DNA of 60,838 bases, the filler included, from Sphacelaria rigidula (Eukaryota), in assembly GCA_964200075.2 (NCBI GenBank). It is 7 parts of 7 records of this genome, joined end to end, with 100 filler letters (N's around TTAATTAATTAA, not from the genome) between each part and the next. Parts side by side here need not be neighbours in the genome. Positions count along the whole stretch, not along the records: positions 34,824 to 43,428 come from CAXNAA020010620.1; positions 43,529 to 52,133 come from CAXNAA020010621.1; 5 more parts are not named here. The stretch is one strand, 5' to 3'. The notes beneath the pieces were generated by a model. It was not told the DNA's origin, searched no databases, and was given only the letters and a program-made list of their open reading frames with translations. This document shows positions 36,850-49,697 of this stretch, in pieces (position 1 is the first letter of the stretch; each line of letters begins with the position of its first letter). A program made the translations under genes and the position numbers.

Positions 36850-39332
36850 TCATTCCATTTTTCAAATTGGTTGATGTCTCCGGCTATTCCAGATCCGGTA
36901 TTGAATTTCTGTGACAGAAACACGAGCAGAACGTTTCGAGAACTTTTCGAAAAACAAACAGAACTCCTCAAGAACCGCTCAAAAGATGACCCCATTAACT
37001 GGAGTACAGGGTGGTCACTCAGCACAAGACAACGCTGCAGTGGTATATGAAGTGTAGAGTAGTACACTGACCACGATATAAAGCAGATCTGCAGTGTGCG
37101 GAACCATTCACAGCAATGTTTTTTTCAGAATATGAAGACTCACCGCGAGGGCGGGTCACGTGCAAAAGTATGTGCTGGCCCTTTTGGGACGGGGTCTCGA
37201 AGGCGATCAATGGGGCTGCTTAAAAGTTATTTGTCTCGAGTCCGTACTACACAGTCGGCCGTACTACACAGTCGGATCATGTTGCTGGTGAAGCTGCTGT
37301 ATACACTCATTTTTGTCGTTGCATCTTCTACGTGCTTACCGTTTTCCTTGAACTGTGCGATCATTTTTAAAATAGACGTTCCGAGTCATGCGAAGGGGAT
37401 TTGTACATGCGTTCGAGATGTTCATCATCGAGAGACTCTCGAAGTTGATAGATGATGAAATGATTAAGGCCGAGCATTTCAGATGCATTTGAAGAAGTAT
37501 GTGCTGACCCTTGCGGACGGGGCCTCGAAGACGATCAATGGGGCTGGTTAAAAATTAGAACTGTATTCAAATGCAAAAACTTGTAACCCAGGTCTGCACG
37601 CAGGTTGAGAATTGCAGCGGGAGTGGTAGTGGTCGTTAGTCCAACCAGGTCCAAGGTCTGTGTAATGCTGCCGACAAGATGCAACAACGGAGCACAACAC
37701 CTACACACCTGGCCCTGAAAAAACACGCACAGACACGCACCACTCACACGCATCGTTCAAGTGATACCTCATTATCCACACACAACAGCCTTTGTTTAAC
37801 GGAAACCCGTCCAGTATTCGATGAAAGACGCAAATTCAAAAACTTGGAACCCAGACGTGCGTGCGTGGATCTGGGCTTCGATCTTAACATAACTGCTTGT
37901 CGATAGAACTCATCACTGTTCGTTGTGGTGGCATCACTTCTCCGCAAGTGATTTTTTCAAAAGTGATGGGGGCACTTTTGATACGACCCTCGTCTTCACT
38001 TCGACCGCATGTTGGGCTTGAGCTTGGGCGAGGCCAGCGCGCCAGTCTGTCTGTTTTTCTGCACGGTTAGTGATCTCTAGCGGCTTTTTTTCGGTAGGTA
38101 TGACCGAACGCGATTATCGGTAATCATGATCAAACGCGATTGAACGCGGTGAGTGACTTGGGAAGATTTATGGGTGTTCCGGACTGCTGTTCTTGAGCCT
38201 GCCTGTAGCAGGGCGACGTACACAGTATATCTTTCAATTTTCTACAAAATGATATTTTCTTCTTCGCGCGTTCACATATTCACATATTTGTGGCCTATGG
38301 ATATTCGAGCGCGTATGGGGCATGGCCGACCTACCACGTGTGGAGGGGTTAGTGGTGAAATCGCTCACGCGTAGTGTGTCTACTGCCGTGAGCCCTGGTA
38401 TGAACTATAGTCCCGTGGTTTTCATGCTTTATATCCGCAGGTGTTATACGGGGTTAAAAACACGCCGTCCCATATTTTCTCGTCGGTGTATATGTGTATT
38501 TAATTGTTTCTCTTTGCACAACCCAATTAAACCTTGTGGCGACGTGCCCAAACGCCGGTAGCGTCTGCGTGTCGCTCACGATCGAGCAAACAGACACACT
38601 CTTCGTTGCAGACCTTGTTTGTCGCGACAGTCTCTCTGCATTGCTGTGTTGCGTCGGGGAGTAGGGTCTCCGGTCGAGTGAACACGTCTCCGGTCGTGAA
38701 GTGATGCCACCATAACGACCAGTGATGAGTCTCATCAACAAAAAGTTATGCTTAGATCGGGGCACAGATCTGCGCACAGGTGGAAATTGCGGCAGTTCTG
38801 GAAGCAGCGTTATCCCGGAAACTCTGTAGTGCTGCGGACAAGACCAACCAGGTAGCACAGCGCCGATACATCGAGCCACGAAAACCGACGCATAGACGCC
38901 CACATCCCACGCGCCTTTTTCAAGCGCTAGCTCATCTTCTACGCAAGACAGTCTTTGTTTGAGGGAACGCCGTCCAGTATTTCATTAGGGGCGGTTGCGT
39001 GCGTTTCAAATAGCAACCGAAAACGTAGTGTTGCCGACTATTTCGGTATACAACAACTCTAACACTCTCTCATGTTTTTACCCTTCACGCCGTAGCCTGA
39101 GCTACTGGCAATAGCGATGCTGCTGATACTGCTGCTGTTGGTTCTTCTTCTCGTGCGGAAGGCGGTCCGCGTTTCGACCTGCGACAATACCCATACCCCC
39201 TTGCGCGTGATTGCCGCCCTCGTTGAAGTCGCTGGTCTGTTCGCGTGCTGTTTTACCGGTTCTGTATCACTTGTTTCTCACCCTAGCATACTCGATTAGA
39301 ACGGTGCGTAATTTCTCGTGATGATGAAGTTA

Positions 39333-39633
39333 TTAGACCGCGAGGTTAGTCTTCTGTTGAATCGGCATCAATTTCGAGTGAGAAAAAGTATGCATGATCG
39401 AGAAAGACTAATCTCGCGGTCTAAGGGTTAACCGTTAGAACGCGAGGGCAGTCCATCTGGATTGTGCATATATATTTTCAAGTGAAATGGATGTCGATTC
39501 AACAGATGAACTACTCTCGCCGTCTAGGGGTTAACCCTTAGACCGCGAGGGTAGTCTCATCTGGGTCATGCGTACTTTTTTCAAGTGAAATTGATGCCAA
39601 TTCAACAGATGACCTACTCTCGCTGCCTCAGGG
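39333..39633. mobile_element. Three abutting 99-bp piggyBac-like MITEs separated by single TTAA sites
   Basis: Units 39333-39427 (inverted), 39432-39530 and 39535-39633, with TTAA at 39428, 39531 and 39634. Confidence 0.85.
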
Positions 39634-40909
39634 TTAAAACACGACCTCACAACCCATTTTGATCATTCCTAACTAGCCATAGATTATATAACCCACACGC
39701 AGGTGTTTGAGCATCTTCGGTAGACTGTGCATGTCTGTCTGTTCAGTACTGCCTGAGCGTCGTACTAGCTCCACACCTCCATCTGGTATCAAACGTCATG
39801 GCGCAACACGCGAGCAGCGGCCACGAGTACCCGACGCACGTAGATGTAGACAAGTACTTCGACGGTGAGGCGACCGCCATCGCCGAGCAATCGCTCTACG
39901 GTAGTCAGGGGCGTTCGCAGCGGTAGTCATGGTGCGATATCCAAACGCATGCTGCATATACTCGGCACGTTCAACACTGCAAGATCTAGTACGCCACAGA
40001 CCGCACGTGCAGCCGCGACACGATACACTACGGACTGCACAGCAAAAATATGAGGCGTAATAATCAGGTGGTCGACAACCACACCACCGTCTGTGTTATG
40101 ACGCAACTACGTACCTCTTATGCACTCCCGGTCCCTTCCGCCCCAGAGTAGGCGTTTTGAGTTGTGACAAAGGAATGATTCTGAACCTCAAAAAGTGTAG
40201 TGTCTACCTCAGTCTACCAGCGGGGGGGTCGCTGTCTAAGGGTTGAAGTGAATTGTGAAAAAGGGGAATTCCCTTCGTTAAAAAGGGCTCTAACAGCTCT
40301 AGCACTCTCTCTCCTTCACGCCGGCGGCTCAGATGCCGCCAAAGAAGGCGAGTCCCGTCGCTCTTCATTGGAGGCGTCTGTTTCTTCTGTCCCTTTTCCA
40401 TTACATTTCCAATATTAAAAAGGATGGGGAAATTGGAACCGCAATGCGAAGCAGAGCGATCTATGATATCAAGCCGTAGGTTTCAGTGTAATCGCATTTA
40501 TGATTGGAGCAGTCGCAGGGAACAGGGCATCCTGGATTGATGACCTTCATCTGTGTGGCCCCTTGCTGTCTGGCTCTTGATGTGGTCTGTCGAGGATCAC
40601 CCCGTGATAATAACAATTGAGAAGAAAAGACTTGTCCAGCACGAGACCAGTGCTACTGGAGGTGTCCCTCGTGGATAGTCCTCTTGTCCAGATCGTCTGG
40701 CAGATGCTATAATATTTAGATACTATTCTTTCTGCACTCTGTTAGAGCAGCTTTGGCTGAGGAGAAGTGGGTTGCAGCTGATCACCAGATCAGCCCGCAG
40801 AGAGGAGTAGACCAGTTTGAAGCGCACTGCAGTGGGGGACGCTTCGTGAGCTGGAGGACACACAAGTCAGGCAAGAGTATCTCCGTGAAGTGTTTGAAGC
40901 ATAGGCGAC

Positions 40910-43325
40910 ATGGCTCAAGCGGCGGCAGCGCCGCTGGTGTTGGGTGTACCACTACAGCCGCCAAAGTATGGAAAAGGATGGACAGAAGAGGCATCACGCG
41001 TTTTTTTCGCAGGATATCTTGAATACATACAGCATTGGAGTCTCGCGAATTTACATGGAATTATACGGCATGAGAGAGTAAGCATAGGGCAACTCATTCC
41101 TGTCTACATTCGCCGCTGCTTCAAAGACATGCACGAGGAAGGTCGGGCTATGACCCCCGATGAATTGCTTGATCCTGTGAAGCAGCATGCCGGGTATACT
41201 ACAACCGGTGGAAAGTATGACGCTGCGCGGGCTGCAGCAGACCTGAGTTGGGTACTTACGACGAAGAAAGACGGGGGGAAATCTGTCAGGGATCGTGCTA
41301 TGATGGTCAGTTCAGATATGGAACGGTGTTTTGCAGAGAACCTGATGGTGCAAGCCATGGACCGTGCGGAGGATAGGAGTTGGTTGCCAGGCCCGGCCGA
41401 GTCGGTTTCCATAGCTGTGGTGGACGGACGGGATTTCGCCCCCGGAATTCAAGGCGTATGTTAAAAGTGTACCAACGTATGTTGACGGCTGGAAAAAGAA
41501 CCCGACGGTGATTTTCAAAAAAATTTGAGGCGGCCGACCAGTCGAAGTTTATTGAAGCACATGGCCGGCGCGACTCTGCAACAAGTGCAGGTGGTATGCG
41601 CCGCAAACACCAACATCAACAGAAATAGCAGCCGTCTTCGCGACAGTCGTCCACTTGCGCGTGTTACAACTGCGGCGACACCGGACATATGATCAAGGAC
41701 TGCCCCAAGTCTCGCGCTCAAGGGGCGGCACAGGGCGATGCACGAGATTTGTCAGGATCTCGGGGCGGTCGTCACGGTGGACGGGGTCGTGCCAATCAGG
41801 GACGCAGGCGCGGCAGGCGCGGCAGCAAGCAATCGGCGGTGGATGGTGGTTCCTCCGCTGCTGCTTCTTCCACTACGTCATCAGGTGGTGACTCTGGGTC
41901 TTATGGTTCATCCGTAGCGGGGTGGACAGTGTACGTGGGAAATTCAAATACCTCGGTGGGGAGTGCTGGAGCGAATAGCTCGTAACCCCTCGACCAGGCA
42001 GGATCCATGTCTGGTGCATTCCCTACTGCTGCGACGGCGGTAACAGCGCCGTCTGCATATTCGGCGACGTGGTCTGGTTGCACCGACGATTCGCAGCTAT
42101 CGATGCCAAGTGCTGGAGGGCAGCCCTGGCGTCAGGTGACTCTTGGGACAGAACAGGGTTCTTCGGCAGGCGTAGTACCTCTCGATCGTAAGGCTGAATG
42201 CTTACGCGCAGATTTAGCCTTACCTGGTTCTGTCGGTTCGTTCATGGCCCGTGTTATTCTGAATTCCGGGTCCGCTCTCACGTCGATCAAGGTGGGGTTG
42301 CTAGAGCAAATGTCTTCGCAGTTTGGCGGCGCTCAGCTTCAGATTCCGGTCGAAAACGGACCGCAAACGGCACAGACCGCCACGGGTGCTCCCGTGGAGG
42401 TTACACACGAAATTGTGCCGATTACGGCTAGCGTGCGTACGCCGTGGGGGGCTGTGCAGTTGCAGCCCATTACTTTCGCTGTCATGCCCGGTAGGGACAA
42501 CGTGGTTCCATTTGGGATAGCGACAATGAAGGAGCTTGGGATTGATCTATATCCGCTGGCGTTGGAGAAGTTACGTCCGCGTGCTGTGCCGGTGCAAAAC
42601 GGCGTGGAAGATCCCAGTTACCTTGCTGCAAGGCGTGTGATCGTATCCATACGGTCATTCCAGAGCGCCAATAAGGAGGAGGTTCCTGCTGATGAAGCGG
42701 GGGAGCGCTTGGTCGATCGGGGGTCGGACATGTTCATGGACCCAGCAGAGGAGAGAGGTGCACGGGAACGTGCGCTTGAGGATAGTGTGCGGTAGGCCGG
42801 GCAGAACGGCCTGAGCACCGATGGCGCACATTGTCTGCGCGATGTTTTGGCTCGTCGCGTAGATATACTTCGTCATGCATTGCGTGGTGATCCGCCAGCG
42901 CGCGTGGAGCCAATGAAGGAGGCTGTGAAGGCCAAGCCTCGCCGCTGCGATCTGGTGAAGATCGTGTGGCTTGCCTCATGCATCGCAGTTTTGGTGGCAT
43001 TCGGTTTGTTTGTTAGGAATATTCAGACTGTGTGGGCGAGTCCGGCGATGGCGGTATCGAAGAGGAACACATTCCGTTTGGTCAGCGACTATCAGATGGT
43101 GAACGCGCAAGTGGAACAGTCTCCGGGAGTGATGCCAAGCCAAGAAAGCATGCTGGAGTTGCTGGGAGTCCAACAACACTATCGGTATGTCAGTGAACAC
43201 ATTCCTGGAGAGCGCATTTTTGGGGAGATTCGTTTACTCGCTTTGTGAAGGTTCCTACCGTGCCTGTTCGTTCGGTTGCCGTGTACAGCCCGTGTGATGC
43301 CGATGATTCGCTGCCGAGTCATCCT
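40910..43325 (+). mobile_element. Degenerate, internally deleted Ty3/Gypsy LTR retrotransposon (gag-CCHC-protease-RT start-RNaseH end)
   Basis: Gag N-terminus 40910-41464. Zinc knuckle CYNCGDTGHMIKDC (~41662-41703). Protease-like ARVILNSGS. RT start WASPAMAVSKRNTFRLVSDYQMVN fused to RNaseH end YRY.SEHIPGER. Contains stops and frameshifts. Confidence 0.88.
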
Positions 43326-43864
43326 ACGATAGGGGGGGGGGGCGTACTCATTTGTTGCTTGCCTTAGTCATTTGACCATTGACCACCGATCCGATGGGAG
43401 TCGGGTGGGGAGGGGGGGGGGGTGTCGGNNNNNNNNNNNNNNNNNNNNNNNNNNNNNNNNNNNNNNNNNNNNTTAATTAATTAANNNNNNNNNNNNNNNN
43501 NNNNNNNNNNNNNNNNNNNNNNNNNNNNCAACTTGGCGCAGTACACGCGCCGCCCTGCTACTGAGAGCTTCGGCCCTAGGTCCACGGGTATCATGGTGTT
43601 GTTTGGAGGGGAATTCGGAAGCTAGTCAGTACCTGGATAGTGGCTGATAAGGGGCCTTCCTCAGCTCGCATATCCATAGAAAAAGTGATATAATATCGCT
43701 TCCAGAGTTGCAAACTTTCTGCACACCACCACAAGTGTACCGTCAGTACAAAACTACACGCCGTTTTCGTTTCCACTGTAGCTCACACACGTCACAGCAC
43801 AGTTGCTGCTGCGGACAGATTCTTTGCACAGCATAATGTTGGCGATTCCTGTGCTAATATTAAC

Positions 43865-44902
43865 TAGAGATGTGCTCCGCTCCGTCCACTCCGGGTATCC
43901 ACTCCGTGTGACTTCAATTTTAATCCGCTTCGTTTGAAAAAAATCAGCGAATAAATCCGTTTATTATCCGGACAACGTGTGACCTGGGAGATCAGAAATC
44001 CGGCCACTCCTGCAGCTCACAATCCAAATAAAGGCATCCGACAAGCCCGTCCTATACTCAACTCTAGAGAGTGCTCTGCTTCGTCAACTCCCGATATCCG
44101 CTCCGTCTGAAAATAAAATCCGTGGAATTTTATTTTTATTTTGGACATTGGATGGAACCTGCTCTGGCCATCAACATCAACGAGAACCCGCCCATGTGGA
44201 GGGCGCTGAATGCGCACAAGTACCCACTAATTTCGTATGTCGCTCGGGACGCCCTGGCTGTTCCGGCATCGTCAGGTCCCTCAGAGCGAGTATGCTCGCA
44301 GACTGGGCATATTTTGACGCAACGAAGAAATAGACTCAAGCCGGAACAGCTTCTTGGGAGGCGGCCGAGCAGTTTACTCGACCAGCACTTCACTGAAAAG
44401 AATCCGACATAGTCGTTGCCACCAATACTTGGTCGTGAGATCGTAAATTGTGTCTTCGCGGGAAGAGATGGAGCAGCCGATGCAGCTAGTAATGAAGCAC
44501 ATCACACGCGCGCTGTGGTTTGCAGTGGTCTTTCGAAAGTTGGATGTCGTGGTCGTACTTGGTTTTTCTGGTCTGCCATGGAAAAGGCGTTCATTCTTGC
44601 ATATCGCTGGCACAATGCGGGGATAACGACGACAACATTTTTCACTTCAATATTCATTTTTTTTGTGCATCTGACTCGTGATACGTGATCCAAGGCTCCA
44701 CTACCCCTTTCAGACATGCGCAACATGCATGTGGGGAGAGTTGAGAAGTGTTCATCGCTTGTTTTCCTCGAAATCCGTCTGCAAATCGGACATCCGGATA
44801 TCCGGATCCGCCACGTTTTTCACTCCGCGGATTGATCCAGATAAGGTTGCCGAAAATCCGAAATCCTCTTCGTTTGAAAAATTCAAACGACGCACATCTC
44901 TA
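43865..44902 (+). mobile_element. Non-autonomous hAT element retaining the transposase C-terminal dimerisation domain
   Basis: TIR TAGAGATGTGC/GCACATCTCTA and 8-bp TSD ATATTAAC/ATATGAAC. ~44194-44355 encodes WRALNAHKYPLISYVARDALAVPASSGPSERVCSQTGHILTQRRNRLKPE. Confidence 0.92.
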
Positions 44903-44909
44903 ATATGAA

Positions 44910-45803
44910 CCCTTTGGGGACCGGGCCTCCAGAACGACCGATGAGGCTGGTTAGGAATGACGTGTCTGGCGTCTGCACGAAACAGAGGCGTGTTGCTGAA
45001 AATCCGCGTATGTAACCGCAGGATAATGAGGAAGACGGAATTTTTCATCAGATCTATTTTCAGGTGCAGGGTGCGCATTAGGCCACACAGCCCTTTGTGG
45101 TCGGGGTGGGCCGCCATTTTCCTCTTTGTTGCATGCGGCAAATTCTCTTCGAAAAGTATCAGCGTTGCGGCGCGCATACATACAGTATAGTACAGTACGG
45201 TGCAGTACGCCTCTCTGACTGCAGCAGCAGCTGCCGTTGCATACTCCCTTACACATTCTGAGTAGTTTTCAGCTACCGAGATCAACTGCCCATTTCCCGC
45301 TTCTTCATCCCCGTCCACTACACACATGTTAACTGCACACTGCAAGTCATCGGCAGAAGGATCAGCAGAATTCATGACTGTAGCTCCTGTTGTATTTCCA
45401 CGGCCCACCTGCGTTCAGTCCCTCGTGAAAATGGCCATATTGTAGCATGTACACTCCTTCCCGGTTTTTCCCGCTCCACCCTGTGTTGATGTAATTACTG
45501 CGTTTTCGTATAGACCGGGGAAAATCCCGGGAACCCTATACTGAATGCAAGCAATACCATAAACCAAGCGGCGACCATCCTGCATTAGGAAGCCTTGGAA
45601 GGCTTATCTGGGCCAGGGATAGGCCCCCCACACGATCTTTGCGGTAACATTACACCCGGCAACAGTCCCCGCTCTGGTCGTTCGGGTCTGGTCGATAAAT
45701 TTCGCCCTGCCCTGGTTGGGCAGGTCGCTCCCTGACTTATTTTTTCATTACTTTACAAACACAGGGTCAACCCCGTGTTAGTGGGGGATCGGTCCCAAAA
45801 GGG
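44910..45803. mobile_element. piggyBac-like element, inverted copy of 9377-10391
   Basis: CCCTTTGGGGACCG ... CGGTCCCAAAAGGG. Colinear with the contig-2 copy apart from a ~120-bp indel. Confidence 0.8.
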
Positions 45804-46437
45804 TCAAGGCGCGAGGTGCTGACGGTGACAAGGGCAGTAGGCAGAAAGTGTATTATGTGTGAGGTGCCAACCATTGTTTGTGTGTTCTAGTACGAATAGC
45901 AGCACAATATAGCGTCATATGTGTTGTAGCACGCCAGCACCAATCCGTTTTACGCAGCACGGACCATGCGTGCCCTCGCCGGCTTCACCGCGATAGCCAC
46001 GGTGGCTGTTTGAGTGTTCCTTGTCCTTGTTCTGCTCTCACGCGTGCTCAAGTAGCCGTGAGATTCACGTGGCAGTTTGTCTGCAGATCCATAGATCGAA
46101 GCATACATTTGCTTACACAACTGCGTTTCTTTGGGCATTAAAATGAATGAGATGCTCCTTGGGGACGTTCCATTTGGCAGTAGCTTTCCCGATCACCCGG
46201 CACCTGAAAAACGCTTGTACCATTCCCCTGCACGATTGAATGAACCACATCTTTGAGGGTAAGAGTAAGAACTGACGAATATATCGCTGGTTGTGATCAA
46301 AATAAATCTCTTGATTGCTGTCACCATACCCCAGACGGGCTACATGCGACGCTAGAGGTGCTGACGGATAAGATGTGTACCGTCTCTCGTGCGCCGCTCG
46401 TTCTTCCAAACCCCACGCAAACCGCGCCCCTCATCAG

Positions 46438-46847
46438 CGCCCAAAGTTTGGACAGAGCTCCTGCAAGCCGCAAAGAGCACCCTTGCTCCACATACCCGTG
46501 GCGAGTCACATGAAAAGGGGTCGCGCCATGATCCAGACAGCCGGCGGTTGCTCGACATTCTCTGCAACTTGTCGCGATTCGCTCTTGACCCTGCAAGCAG
46601 CGCCAAAGCTCGAACTCGAAAGCTGACCCTCGACTGTCTGAGCGCCGGCGTAGACCTTGCCAATGGAGGCAGTGCAGACATGGCCGGTGATGCCCTCGCA
46701 CAATCCGCAACGGGTGCCCGGGACGAGAGATGGGGAGTTCGGGCCGCAGCTGCTTCCTTGGCGGGAACGGTCGTACACAGCGGGGGCGGCAGCGGGGGGA
46801 GGGGTTCGGATGATGGAAGGCTGCTAAACCTGCTATCATCAAAAGAC
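46438..46847 (+). CDS. TTI2: Upstream exon of the TTI2-family gene (HEAT-like ARDERWGVRAAAASLAG)
   Basis: TCATCAG| acceptor and GAC|GTGAGG donor in phase 0, compatible with the next exon. The 5' boundary is uncertain. Confidence 0.55.
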
Positions 46848-47240
46848 GTGAGGATGTCTTTCGGAAGTGCAGTTTGAAGTACAAAAACTGAAATTTGAGA
46901 GGGTAATCTTGTCTTTCTTGACTGAAACTGTATTTCTCCCGCTTTCCTTTCCTGTACAAGTCTGCCAGCTTGTGCATTGGCGCTCTTTTCGGTTCCACGT
47001 GGAAAGTAACGTGAGGCTTGATAACTCCAGCCAGAGACGTTGAAAACATCCACGGGGTGGTCGCCCATGTGCTGTTCCCTTGTATTTTTTGGATCGAGAA
47101 CTCCCTTGTGTTGTTGGGATGGAGAACTTCCTTCGTGATCGGTCTCGACGTGGAGTATGATCTCGGCCGTTTCTCGCATCTACTACTGTTTCCTCAGCGC
47201 GTTCATAACCCTTGTTGTACGTCATTTTGTGCTTTCTCAG

Positions 47241-49313
47241 GGCTTATGGCTTCCAGCGCTCGTAGCCGATGAATATCCGGAAGTGCAGCAATGTGCACGC
47301 GCCGCCGTGTGCGGCCCTGCCGCCGCTACAGCACCCATCCTTTTGCCATCGCACAGCGATTCTGTCGCTGCGTCTCTGCCGGCCCCATGCCTGTGGTCTA
47401 CGGCTGCATTGGTGGCCACGGTTCGGCTTGCTAAGAATGCCTTACTGGAGACGATATCATCATCTGACAACGGCGGCGAAACAACTGTTGGAACTGTGAA
47501 ATCCGCAATCACTACCCGCACGGCCCTTCGCGCCTTACGCGGCGTTTGCTCCCTCGAATCACGCTTTCCCTCCTTTTCGCCGCGGAAAGAACCAACGGCA
47601 GCAAGCCCCGGTGTGTTCGTGGAAGGCTTGGAAGCGATCGAAGCTTGGTTGGCCAGCACGCAGGAAGGACCACCGTCAGCGCCTCCGTGGACCATACAAC
47701 CGCAAAGCGCCACTTCATCTGATTTTCCCTGTGATAGTTTGTCCATCGAAGCCCGTGATACTGTTCGGGCACTGGCTAGCCGAATCAGAGAGCGAACGAG
47801 AGTCGAGGCATCAGCCGCGGCTGCGATTGAGGCATTCCGGGAGGAGTGCTGCAGCCGGAATGCCGGTGGGCCCACTCAGGATGAAGGAGATGCCGGCTCT
47901 GACTATGATGATGAATGGCGACGGTTGTATGGAGGCCTGCTGGTGCGGCTGGAGGTGCTCCTGTTCTCCGCCGATAGTCCTGCGACGGATGTCAAAGATT
48001 TGGATTCGCCCGGCGGGAAATCGGAGCATGATGAGAGTAAATTCATTGTGAACAACGGCGATTTTGCTTCATTGCCAATCGAACTTGTCGCGGAAACACT
48101 AGAGGAAGTGCCGTTTGCATGCGAGAGAGCTGTCCCGACCTTTTATGACGACGACAAGAGGCCGAGCAGTGAACGAAAAACTATGGTTCAGCTGGGGGAA
48201 ACACGGCGCCGGTGGATCGTCTCTTGCGCGCAACTTCTCCTGCGGGCGGCGACCCGAATTTGCGGGAAACGAGCTGGCTCAACAGCATCCGTGACAGCAC
48301 TCGGGTCTCGAGGTATAGAAGCGGTGACAAGGCTCATGGTGACGGTACTACCATTCGAGCGCGGTTCTTTGCGTGCTGATGACCCTGTCGAGGCCTGGCT
48401 GTTGAGCGTGCGGTCTGGTGGTTTTCAAAGCTCGCCCGTTGCACGAGGCGCCTTCAAATCTTTCCAACTTACATCAGATACGTTGAACATTGCCCCGACG
48501 GACGATCCAGCAATGTCGTCTGACACGGGATCCCCGTCAAAAATCGCCACGCCGATTCCTTGGCAGTCTTGCGTATATGGACTGCGTCACTTGCAGACGC
48601 ATGAGCTACCAGCGCCCTGGGCAGCAAACCCGCGCACCCGCCAGCTAGCTTCGGACATCGTTGATGCCTGTTGGGAACGACTATCTTTGAATACCGACAG
48701 CCCATTGGCGACGCAGAACACCGAGGCATTACTTCGGGCCCTGCGCGCAAAAATCCGCAAGTCGGGGTGGCGCGAGGGGCCGGGCGTTGGCGGAAAGCAC
48801 GCCGTGGCTGCCACAATACGCCGCCTGAAATTTCCGCTGCTAGCCGGTCCTGCCCTGGGACACCTACTTCCGCTCGCTTTGCCCCTCGCCGACGATCACG
48901 ATGTCGCGCATCAAGCCATAGGGTGGTCGCTTCTCCTGCACGTCGAGATGGAGTGCATGCCTTCTGAGCTCGCGTGGCACCGCGGGCTGCTCTTGGAGGT
49001 GCTGGAAATAGGTTTGCGCGGCGGTGGCGGTCGGGACGCTTCCTCCTCTCTTCTGCTGCTAGCTGCGGCTGCAACTTTGCTACGTCGTAGTTGTAGTGAG
49101 AAGAGTGAAGCGGTTGAAGAGAGCGTTGCGCGCGCTGGGCTCCGGTTAGCGCGGGAAGCGTTGTCGCAGGCCGGGAAGACGAGGGATGGAGAAGTACGCA
49201 TCGTAATGGTAACGGGGGCTGCCGCGCTGCTAGAGGTACCAACGGTGGCAGCTGGATACGCGCTTTGTGAGATCCTGCGACCGGCCTTGCTGTGTCTTCT
49301 TCCTATTCTTCAG
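47241..49313 (+). CDS. TTI2: Main exon of a TELO2-interacting protein 2 (Tti2) family gene
   Basis: TTTCTCAG| acceptor, CAG|GTACCA donor, 691 codons. PW...RTRQLA and W..GP..KHAV...LLPLALPLADDHDVAHQAIGWSLLLHV...PSEL parallel TTI2 'WKNNPAIKHVF...VLPASLVISDDY...KILGVHCLHHI' (recalled). Confidence 0.8.
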
Positions 49314-49697
49314 GTACCACTTGCTTATTTTCATGCGTGTGAATTCAGGGTTGTACTGTCTGACGTACTTGGCATCGGATACATGTTTTTGATTCTCCAA
49401 CAGCTCAGGGTTATCTCTCAGATATCCTGTCAAAAGTATCATATCGTCAAAACTCTTGGCAGTAGGTCCACGGTGCCCTTGTGCAGGAACAAGCAGGACG
49501 CCTAGGTCTCAGGCGGTGCACACGGTTAATTTCATTTCTCCTGTTCTCTCGTAAACACGGACTGAATACAAAGCAATGACACCGTGTACCATTGCTCTCT
49601 AGAAATTGCAAGTCGCTAGCCTTGCCTCCGAGTCTGGACTTTCTGCGTACCACAAAGTCTTTTACCCAGGCGACTACAAATCATCAACACAACTCTC

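Noticed and set aside
39785-39796. TGGTATCAAACG as the PBS of the Gypsy element
   Set aside because: It is 1.1 kb from gag, no upstream LTR could be defined, and the match is partial.
44752-45408. 218-aa ORF and its counterpart at 9762-10633 as host genes
   Set aside because: They lie inside copies of a piggyBac-like element, the frames are not conserved between copies, and no motif was recognised.
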